This document shows, in pieces, positions 34,784 to 41,728 of a stretch of 41,728 nucleotides of DNA. The DNA lies in the IMG/VR virus record IMGVR_UViG_3300015050_001115, positions 1-41,728 of that record. One strand, given 5' to 3'. The notes under the pieces are model-generated. The model was given only the letters and a program-made list of their open reading frames with translations. It had not been told where the DNA came from and searched no databases. This DNA comes from a virus (Duplodnaviria; Caudoviricetes). Each line of letters begins with the position of its first letter. Position 1 is the stretch's first letter. A program made the position numbers and the translations under genes.

Positions 34784-34835
34784 TGGCGCATCGGTAACCG
34801 GCCGCCGTGAAGGGCTGAGCGCATGGGGTTTGAAA

Positions 34836-35708
34836 TTGGCTGAACAGGCAGACGCTCCCGAGAGCGAACTCGACGAGGACATCCTCGATCTGAATGACGA
34901 TCTGGGCGACCAGGACGGCGCGGACGATCAGGACACCTTAGACCCGGATGATCCTGGCGATGACGACCAGGACGACGAAGACGGGGTCGAAATCACGCTC
35001 GGGGACGAAGAGGCGGCGCCGGCCTCAACCGAGAAGCAAGGTTCGGAGCTCGTTAAGCACCTCCGCGCCGAGATCCGCAAGCGAGACGCCCTCTTGGCCG
35101 GCAATGCAAAGCCGGAAGTGGTCGCGCCCATCGTGGTCGGCGAAAAGCCCACCATGGAGTCGTGCGACTACGATGAGGCCAAGTTCGAAACGGAGCTCGA
35201 CGCTTGGAAAGAACGGGACAAGGCGGCCAAGGCGCAAGTCTCAGCCGCTGCCGAGAAGGCCAAGGCCGGTCAAGCCGCCTGGCTGCAGGAGCTGAAGGGA
35301 CACGAGGACAAGAAAAAGGCCCTCAACATCCCCGGGTTCGACATCGTGGAAGAAGCCGCGATCCAGGGCCTGAGCCAACTGCAACAGGCTATCGTCGTGA
35401 AAGCGGCGGACGACAGCGCCAAGGTCATCTATGCCTTGGGCCGCTTCCCCAAGAAGCTGGCCGAACTCGGAGCCATCGAGGACCCCATCAAGTTCGCGAA
35501 GGCCATCATCAACCTGGAAAAGGATCTGAAAGTGACCCCGCGACGCCAAGCCGCCGAACCCGATGAACCCGTCCGCGGCTCCGCGCCGCTGTCGAAGTCC
35601 TCCGGGGATAAGCACCTCGCCAAGCTCGAGGAGCGCGCTGCCAAGAGTGGAGATCGCACTGAGGTGATCGCCTACAAAAAGCAGCTGCGTGAGAAGAGCT
35701 CCAAGTAG
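34836..35708 (+). CDS. Scaffolding protein
   Basis: Acidic N-terminus; KPTMESCDYDE.KFE..L..W; coiled coil; C-terminal SGDRTEVIAYKKQL; between portal and coat; TTG start inferred. Confidence 0.85.
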   Translation: MAEQADAPESELDEDILDLNDDLGDQDGADDQDTLDPDDPGDDDQDDEDGVEITLGDEEAAPASTEKQGSELVKHLRAEIRKRDALLAGNAKPEVVAPIVVGEKPTMESCDYDEAKFETELDAWKERDKAAKAQVSAAAEKAKAGQAAWLQELKGHEDKKKALNIPGFDIVEEAAIQGLSQLQQAIVVKAADDSAKVIYALGRFPKKLAELGAIEDPIKFAKAIINLEKDLKVTPRRQAAEPDEPVRGSAPLSKSSGDKHLAKLEERAAKSGDRTEVIAYKKQLREKSSK

Positions 35709-35733
35709 CAAGCCAGCTTAAGAGGTCCACACC

Positions 35734-37020
35734 GTGGCCAACGATTTCACCAAACAAGAAACCGTCATGTTCGACGAAGTCCTGGAAGGCTTCGACGATA
35801 TGCTGGTGATCGCCAAGGCGGTCGAGAAGTATACGCCGACCACTCCCCAGGAGATGGAACGCTCGAGCGACCGCATCTGGCGCCCGAATCCCTACATCGC
35901 CGTTTCGTACAACGGCTTCGACCAGTCGGCCAACTTCGGCGACATCACGCAGCTGGCCGTCCCGGTCGGCCTGGGCTACCACAAGTCGGTTCCCGGCAAG
36001 ATGTCGTCCAAGGACATGCGCGACCCTTCGCAGCTGACCCGCTACGGGAAGGCCGCCAAGCAGAAGCTCTCGTCGGACGTCAACACGGCCATCTTCCAGA
36101 CCGTCTGCCTTCAAGGCTCGATCTTCAGCAAGCGCACCGCCGCCGCCACCGGCTTCGATGATGTCTCGCAGCTCGACGCCCTGATGACCGAAATCGGCGT
36201 GGACACCGCCGAGCGCCGCGCCTTCTACAGCGCCCGCGACTACAACAACATGGCCGGCAACCTGGCCAGCCGCGCCCTCTATCCGAACTCCAAGCCGGTC
36301 AACGCCTATGAGAAGGCGTATGTCGGCGAGGTCTCCGGCATTGAGACGTACAAGAACGACCAGACCTATCGTCTGGCCGCTGCCGTGCCCGGCGCCGGCG
36401 TCACCATCAACGGCGCCAACCAGTACTACACGCCCGTGGGTCACACGACCGACGCCAGCGGCAACACCACCAACGTCGACAACCGCTACCAGAACCTGAA
36501 CGTGACGGTGGGCGCTGGCGGCGCGCTGAAGGCTGGGGACGCGTTCACGCTGCCCCTGGTCGACAGCGTTCACATGATCTCGAAGCAGGACACCGGCCAG
36601 CTCAAGACCTTCCGCATCGTGTCCATCGTCTCGGGCGGCGGCACGGCCGGCGCGAACGTTATCCAGATCACGCCGCCGATCATCTCCGCCCAGGGCGCCA
36701 CCAAGGCCGAGCTGGAATATCAGAACGTCTCGGCCACCCCGGCCAACGGCGCCACCCTGACCTTCCTGAACACGACCACGGCCGCGGTGAACCCGTTCTT
36801 CATCAAGCCGGCGGTCGAGATCATCCCCGGCAGCTTCGCCGTCGATCCGCAGGACGGCTGGGCAGTGATGCGGGCCACCACCGACTTCGGCGTCGGGATC
36901 ACGTACACCCGTCAGGGCAACATCAACGACCTGACCCTGAAATATCGCTGGGACATCGATTTCGGCACTGCGGTGCTGAACACCGAAATGGCCGGCGTGC
37001 AGATGTTCGGCCAGGCCTAA
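35734..37020 (+). CDS. P22-like major capsid protein
   Basis: GTG start after GAGG; ANDFTKQE.VMF; MERS.D.IWRP.PY; KAGD.FT..V..VH.I.KQDTGQLKTFR; YRWD..FG. Confidence 0.93.
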   Translation: MANDFTKQETVMFDEVLEGFDDMLVIAKAVEKYTPTTPQEMERSSDRIWRPNPYIAVSYNGFDQSANFGDITQLAVPVGLGYHKSVPGKMSSKDMRDPSQLTRYGKAAKQKLSSDVNTAIFQTVCLQGSIFSKRTAAATGFDDVSQLDALMTEIGVDTAERRAFYSARDYNNMAGNLASRALYPNSKPVNAYEKAYVGEVSGIETYKNDQTYRLAAAVPGAGVTINGANQYYTPVGHTTDASGNTTNVDNRYQNLNVTVGAGGALKAGDAFTLPLVDSVHMISKQDTGQLKTFRIVSIVSGGGTAGANVIQITPPIISAQGATKAELEYQNVSATPANGATLTFLNTTTAAVNPFFIKPAVEIIPGSFAVDPQDGWAVMRATTDFGVGITYTRQGNINDLTLKYRWDIDFGTAVLNTEMAGVQMFGQA

Positions 37021-37040
37021 CAGCCAGGTCAGACGCGACG

Positions 37041-37072
37041 GAAAGGGCGGGGCTTCGGCTCCGCCCTTTTTT
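37041..37072 (+). terminator. Rho-independent terminator after the coat gene
   Basis: AAAGGGCGGGGC-TTCG-GCTCCGCCC-TTTTTT. Confidence 0.9.
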
Positions 37073-37119
37073 CGTCTACAACGAGGCTCCCAGGCCGCTG
37101 GCCACCAGGAGAACCTCTC

Positions 37120-37476
37120 ATGTCCTACCAAGAATTCCCGCGCATGATGTACCGCGCGCCCGCCGACCCGGCGAACACGCAGGAAGCCGGCGGCGTCGCC
37201 TGCGACATCATGACCGTCGAGAACGACGAAGAGCTTGAAGCCGCCGAGGACGACGGCTGGGTCAAGACCATCGGTGACCTGAAGGGCGACCCGAAGCTGC
37301 GCAAGCTGCTCGACCGATCGGCCAAGGACGTCATGGCCGACCTGCCGCTGATGACCCTCGACGAGCTGCAGATGCTCAAGAACGCCGAGTCCATCGGCAA
37401 GAACCGCACGGGCCTGCTGTCGGCCATCGACGACGCGGTGAAGGCCGCTGAACAGGCCGCCGAGACCAAGCTCTAA
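37120..37476 (+). CDS. Hypothetical virion-region protein (P22 orf186-like position)
   Basis: AGGAG RBS; FPRMMY...V.NDEE...A..DGW; C-terminal E..GKNR.GLL motif. Confidence 0.7.
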   Translation: MSYQEFPRMMYRAPADPANTQEAGGVACDIMTVENDEELEAAEDDGWVKTIGDLKGDPKLRKLLDRSAKDVMADLPLMTLDELQMLKNAESIGKNRTGLLSAIDDAVKAAEQAAETKL

Positions 37477-37533
37477 CCATACCACCCAGCGCCGGCCGCT
37501 GTGGCCCGCGCCAGCACCAGGAAAGCCGCCGCG

Positions 37534-38601
37534 ATGAACCTCCGGTCCCTAACTCGATCTTTGGCCGTCGTGGCGGCCTTCTCGCTCGCCCTTCAGCCCG
37601 CCTTTGCCCAGACCCTTCGAACGGGCGGGGCTGGGCAACCGCCTATCGGCGTGCGCATCACCGGCGTGATCGACGCCAACGGCAACGTCAACCCGGCCGT
37701 GGTCCCCGCATCGATCGCCCTAGCCGGCGACGGCACCGCCCTGGCTGCCTCCGGCTCGACGGGCTCCAACGTCAACATCGCCAGCGTCGGCGGGAACGCG
37801 GTCACCACGACGGTGCCGGTTTCTGATGGCGGCGGCTCTCTGACGGTCGATAGCCTGCAGCTGCCGGCCTCACTGGGCATCAAGACCGCAGCGGCATCCA
37901 TCAGCGTGGCCCCGGCCTCGGACGCCCTTTACACGGTTGTCGGCAGTGTCGCGTCTGGTTCGGCTGACAGCGGCAACCCGGTCAAAATCGGTGGGGTCTA
38001 CAACGTCACCGTGCCGACCCTAGCCGATGGCCAGCGCGGAAATCTGATGCTTGGGCAGCGCGGCTCCGCGCATGTGACCCTGTTTTCCCAGAACGGCACA
38101 GCCTCACCCACCATGTCTTCGGCGCTCGACGCCCTGGCCGCAAACACGGGCCTGTTCACCACCTCGTTCGGAGAACTTTTCAACGGATCGACCTGGGACC
38201 GTCAGCGCTCGATCGGCGGAGCGGTGGCGGCAGGAACCGGGACGGCGGCCTTTGCCCTCGCTCCGAGCAGCGCATCGGCAGCCGCCATCGCGCCAGCCGT
38301 GTCAACGGCAGTTGAAGGGAGCCGGGTTTTCAAGGCCAGCGCCGGTAATCTTTATCGGATCGCGCTGACCACCGGAGCCAGCGCCGGCTTCTTGATGGTG
38401 TTCGACGCCACCTCGGCCCCGGCGGACGGGGCTGTCACACCCACCCTTTGCCGCGCTATCGCAGCCAATACCAGCCTAGAGGTTGACCACGCTGTGGCCC
38501 CGGACCGCTACGCCACCGGCATCACAGCCGTTTTCAGCACCACCGGATGCTTCACCAAGACCGTCTCTGCGACGGCGATGTTTGAGGGGTCGGTGCTGTG
38601 A
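37534..38601 (+). CDS. Signal-peptide-bearing fibre/decoration-like protein
   Basis: MNLRSLTR + hydrophobic core + AFA|Q cleavage motif; Gly/Ser/Thr/Ala-rich; C-terminal KASAGNLY...FLMVFDATSAPADG..P...GIT...STTGCFT. Confidence 0.65.
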   Translation: MNLRSLTRSLAVVAAFSLALQPAFAQTLRTGGAGQPPIGVRITGVIDANGNVNPAVVPASIALAGDGTALAASGSTGSNVNIASVGGNAVTTTVPVSDGGGSLTVDSLQLPASLGIKTAAASISVAPASDALYTVVGSVASGSADSGNPVKIGGVYNVTVPTLADGQRGNLMLGQRGSAHVTLFSQNGTASPTMSSALDALAANTGLFTTSFGELFNGSTWDRQRSIGGAVAAGTGTAAFALAPSSASAAAIAPAVSTAVEGSRVFKASAGNLYRIALTTGASAGFLMVFDATSAPADGAVTPTLCRAIAANTSLEVDHAVAPDRYATGITAVFSTTGCFTKTVSATAMFEGSVL

Positions 38602-38858
38602 GGCGCGGCCTGATCGCCGGCCTGCTCGCCGCGCTCCTCGCCGCAGGCATTGCCACAGCGACAACAAGCGTAACTCCGGTCGGCGCCGTAATGCCGGCCA
38701 CTACGGTCGGCGATCTTCCGACCTGCTCATCGACCACGCGGGGCCAGATGTTCCTGGTCACCGACGCGTTGCTGCCGGCAGCCTTGGTGGTGGTCTCGGC
38801 CGGCGGAGCCGTGGTAGTCCCGGTGACCTGCAACGGCACGAACTGGATCGTGTTCTGA
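38598..38858 (+). CDS. Small signal-peptide-bearing protein with fibre-tip-like domain
   Basis: MRR + hydrophobic core + ATA; TVGDLPTC...VTDA...GG.VVVPVTCNGTNW. Confidence 0.6.
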   Translation: MRRGLIAGLLAALLAAGIATATTSVTPVGAVMPATTVGDLPTCSSTTRGQMFLVTDALLPAALVVVSAGGAVVVPVTCNGTNWIVF

Positions 38859-38876
38859 CCACGAGAGGAAATCACG

Positions 38877-39104
38877 ATGGATCTCACCACCCTGACGCAC
38901 GACGAGCTGCAGGCGCACATCAAGGCAGGCTTCGACGAAGCCCACCGCCGCGTCGATGCCGACGAAAACGTGCCCCCGCTCGTTGTCTGGCTGCTGAAGA
39001 AGGCACACCAGCTGATCAGCCAGGCCGAGCGCCTGCTGCACGCTGCTGGCTTCCTCGAAGACACGACCGCCCAGCGCTCTGGCGGCGTTGGCGAAAAGGA
39101 CTAG
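38877..39104 (+). CDS. Hypothetical protein
   Basis: GAGGA RBS; 75 aa. Confidence 0.65.
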   Translation: MDLTTLTHDELQAHIKAGFDEAHRRVDADENVPPLVVWLLKKAHQLISQAERLLHAAGFLEDTTAQRSGGVGEKD

Positions 39105-39107
39105 GCC

Positions 39108-39596
39108 TTGAACCTGCTCACCTTGGCTTTCATGGTGGGCACTGGCGCGGCTGTGGCGGTTTGCTTCGCCGCGCGCCGCGCTGAGCCCCGGCGGCTGCGG
39201 ATGGCGCTGGCCATCGCCGCCAGCTGGGCGCTCGGCATATGGCTGCACCATCAGGTCGGGCCGCCCTTTCGCAAGATCTACCCCATGCTCGACTTTGCGC
39301 TGGCTCTCTATTGTTGCCTGCTGATTGTCGAAGAACACGGGCCCCAGGGCCTTAGACGCTGCTACGGGTGGAAGGCGATCGTGCTCTGCGCCTTGATGAC
39401 GCAGATGGGGCTTCATGTGCTTTACCCCACACACCTGAGCCTGTCGGTTCGCTATCCTTACCTCGTGGCGTTGAATGTGCTCTATGCAATCATCCTGGTT
39501 GCATTGGCCTGGATCGGGGTGGGGTATGTTCGAAACCTTGTCGGCCGGCTTCTGGTTCCTGGCCCTGCTGCTCGTTCTTCTGGATATCCGCAATGA
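39108..39596 (+). CDS. Polytopic membrane protein (about 4-5 TM)
   Basis: TTG start after AGGA; several hydrophobic segments. Confidence 0.6.
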   Translation: MNLLTLAFMVGTGAAVAVCFAARRAEPRRLRMALAIAASWALGIWLHHQVGPPFRKIYPMLDFALALYCCLLIVEEHGPQGLRRCYGWKAIVLCALMTQMGLHVLYPTHLSLSVRYPYLVALNVLYAIILVALAWIGVGYVRNLVGRLLVPGPAARSSGYPQ

Positions 39597-39667
39597 AGGC
39601 GCGGACGAAGATCAGGACGGCGAACTGGACGAAACGGGCCGCCGCCCGCCAACGGAGGCCTCTACCC

Positions 39668-40150
39668 ATGGTGCGCAACAGGACTGGCGCGAGAACCCCG
39701 GTCCCCGGCGCCCTGGACCGCCTCGCGGACCAGATCGCAGGCTTCCGAGACGAGATGCGCGCCGACCTGGGCCGCCTTCATGATCGTGTTGACCAGGTAG
39801 ACGCCCGGGTCGATCAGACCTCCCGCGCCGCATCAGAGGATCTCCTGCGTGAGGTCTCTCACCTCAATGCCCGCGTTGAACGCTTCTCCGAAGCCGCAGC
39901 GCGCGGGATGGAGCAGGTTCGCCAAGAGCTGAAGGATCACGAGAAAGCGACGACCGCCGACGTGACGCGAGCAGCGGTTCAAGGGGTCCTTTCGTCCAAG
40001 GCGGTGCTATTCCGGCCAAATCGTTTGCAATTCGCGACGCTTTTGACCATGGTGGCAATATTCCTGATGACGTTCATCGAAAAGGCCCCGCCGATTTTCC
40101 GCGCAGTGGGCATGTTTTTCGAGGGGGTCAAAAAACTGGACGCTGACTGA
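39668..40150 (+). CDS. Coiled-coil protein with C-terminal TM helix
   Basis: GGAGG RBS before ATG 39668 (alternative start 39593); heptad-like region followed by FATLLTMVAIFLMTFI. Confidence 0.6.
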   Translation: MVRNRTGARTPVPGALDRLADQIAGFRDEMRADLGRLHDRVDQVDARVDQTSRAASEDLLREVSHLNARVERFSEAAARGMEQVRQELKDHEKATTADVTRAAVQGVLSSKAVLFRPNRLQFATLLTMVAIFLMTFIEKAPPIFRAVGMFFEGVKKLDAD

Positions 40151-40704
40151 TGCGACTTTTCGCTCTAGTGGCTTTCCTGATTTTTCCGGCCATCGCCGCG
40201 GCGCAGCCCGCAGCTCGAATGATGCCGGATGGCCTGCGCACCATGGCGCCGGCCGGGTGGTCATCCTATTGCGCAAGCGATCCCGACGCCTGCGCCCCGG
40301 TCTCCACTGACCGTTGGCGCCCAGACGCTGCCATGAAGCGCCTCAACGCCGTCCAGACCTCCGTCAACGCCCGGGTTAGCGCGGCGAGCGACCTGGACAA
40401 CTACGCCGTACCCGAACTCTGGATTCTTCCCGACCGATCGGGCGACTGCGAGGATTATGCCCTCGCCAAGCGCAAGGCCCTGCTGGACGCTGGATGGCCG
40501 CCGGAGGATGTCCGCCTGGCCGTGGCGACCACGGAGCAAGGCGAGCGCCACGCAGTGCTCACTGTCGACACCGACGGCGGAACCTACGTTCTGGACAACC
40601 GCCACCCGTTTGTTGAGCCATGGCAGGCGCTGCCCTATCGCTGGGAGAAGCGCCAAGCGCGCGACGGCTCGGGCTGGGTTGAGGTCTCGCCCCCCGCGCA
40701 ATAG
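40150..40704 (+). CDS. Periplasmic transglutaminase-like cysteine peptidase (BTLCP/LapG family)
   Basis: Signal peptide ending AAA|Q; VN......SD...Y...ELW..P...GDCEDYALAKR; HAVLTV; VLDNR. Confidence 0.92.
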   Translation: MRLFALVAFLIFPAIAAAQPAARMMPDGLRTMAPAGWSSYCASDPDACAPVSTDRWRPDAAMKRLNAVQTSVNARVSAASDLDNYAVPELWILPDRSGDCEDYALAKRKALLDAGWPPEDVRLAVATTEQGERHAVLTVDTDGGTYVLDNRHPFVEPWQALPYRWEKRQARDGSGWVEVSPPAQ

Positions 40705-40730
40705 GGTGCGCCAAGCCCGGAGCACCCGAC

Positions 40731-41081
40731 ATGCCGCACGAACAACGCCATTCCGACCATGGCCCAGGGGGCTGGTCGATCCCCGCCGTGGTCACCTTCT
40801 GGCTGCTGGGCATCTGGACGCTGATGATCGGTCTCGTCTTCGGCCTGGCCTTCACTCGGATTCCGATCGAAGGCGTCCTGCTGGGCGTGCTGTCGGGCAT
40901 CATCTCGACCCAAACGACGGCGCTGATTGCATCGATCAGCTATTGGGTCGGAACCACTTCCGGCGCCAAGGGGACGGCCGACCAAGCCAACGCCGCCGGC
41001 GGAGTCGCGACTGCCGCTCTAGCGCAGCTGGCCGGTGCTGGCCCGCAGCCCCCCGCCACGCCGATGGAGCCCAAGCCATGA
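40731..41081 (+). CDS. Probable holin
   Basis: Two TM helices; LLGVL..I......ISYWVGTTSGAK motif; coupled to the endolysin. Confidence 0.65.
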   Translation: MPHEQRHSDHGPGGWSIPAVVTFWLLGIWTLMIGLVFGLAFTRIPIEGVLLGVLSGIISTQTTALIASISYWVGTTSGAKGTADQANAAGGVATAALAQLAGAGPQPPATPMEPKP

Positions 41082-41593
41082 CAAACACCTTCAGCGCCAC
41101 CAGCCTGCACCGCGCCCGCTTCGTCGATCCGCGCCTGCTGAGCGTTGCAATCCCGGCCCTGGCGCGCTGCGCCGTCGACTTCGGAATCACGGAGGACCAG
41201 AGTCGCACCGCTGCCGAGCAGCAGGCCAAGTTCGACGCCGGCGTCTCGAAGGTGAAGCCCGGGCCCAAGGCCACGCACATGATCCAGCCCGATGGGACGA
41301 GCAAGGGTCTCGACCTCGTCCCCTGGATCGACGGGCGCTTTCAATGGGGCGACAAGGACTGGAAGGTCGTCACCAAGGATGGACGCGTCCTGTTGCCCTT
41401 TCATGAGATCGCGGTGGCCATGCGGCATGAAGCCATTGTCCAGGCCGTTCCGATCCGCTGGGGCGCTGTCTGGGATCGTCGTCTGAACGACCTTCCGGCC
41501 GACGTTCAGGGGATGGTCAAAGCCATCGAGGCGTATAAGGTGCGCAAGGGCGGCAAGGCGTTCCTTGATGGCCCTCACTTTGAGACCATTTGA
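41078..41593 (+). CDS. Endolysin, M15 family L-Ala-D-Glu peptidase
   Basis: FS..S......VDPRL...DFGITE..RT..EQ; ATH...GLDLVP; IRWG..W; DGPHFE. Confidence 0.9.
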   Translation: MTNTFSATSLHRARFVDPRLLSVAIPALARCAVDFGITEDQSRTAAEQQAKFDAGVSKVKPGPKATHMIQPDGTSKGLDLVPWIDGRFQWGDKDWKVVTKDGRVLLPFHEIAVAMRHEAIVQAVPIRWGAVWDRRLNDLPADVQGMVKAIEAYKVRKGGKAFLDGPHFETI

Positions 41594-41605
41594 CCCCGCA
41601 AGGAT

Positions 41606-41728
41606 CTCCACTATGAACCGTCTCGCCGCTGCGTTTGCAGCCATTGCTCTCACCACGGCCGCCGTGGGCTGCGCCATCGCCCCGACAGGCCAGCCGGCCG
41701 CCGTCTCGACCATCGCCGGCAAGAAGGC
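41606..41728. repeat. Terminal direct repeat, right copy
   Basis: Identical to 1-123. Confidence 0.97.

Noticed and set aside
34665-34835. N-terminal extension of the scaffold from GTG 34665
   Set aside because: It runs through hairpins and a promoter-like element, and its composition is unlike the acidic scaffold; TTG 34836 is preferred.
40457-41077. 378-aa endolysin as given in the ORF track
   Set aside because: The upstream part overlaps the BTLCP and holin genes; the M15 domain begins at ATG 41078, coupled to the holin stop.

Overview
The window is a complete, circularly assembled genome (about 41.6 kb) of a high-GC, P22-like short-tailed phage. Bases 1-123 are repeated exactly at 41606-41728. 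The host is probably an alphaproteobacterium; this is inferred from the GapR-like, BTLCP/LapG-like and Cro-like genes. The layout is lambdoid. A leftward early operon (20943 down to 11145) encodes RecE/RecT-like recombination proteins, GP88- and DUF5131-like Fe-S proteins, a stand-alone TnpB and a DUF1364 nuclease. Divergent promoters lie near 21.0 kb. A rightward operon encodes Cro-like, GapR-like, a frameshifted HNH, RuvC-like, DNA methyltransferase, DnaB and an O-like initiator with iterons, followed by small accessory genes, an Ntn-hydrolase, terminase, portal, scaffold and coat. Next comes an unusual block of exported/membrane proteins plus lysis genes, then (across the origin) gp4, gp10, gp26, three ejection proteins and a tailspike. 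I found no integrase, CI repressor, tRNA or CRISPR array. The best leads are: (1) a TnpB with a rearranged, pro-Fanzor-type RuvC-II site that is translationally coupled into the early operon and has no TnpA; (2) signal-peptide-bearing fibre-like proteins next to a LapG-like periplasmic cysteine protease in the late/lysis block; (3) a GP88 + DUF5131 Fe-S gene pair; (4) a GapR-like/RMF-like fusion protein. All family assignments come from motif recognition by eye, not from database searches.
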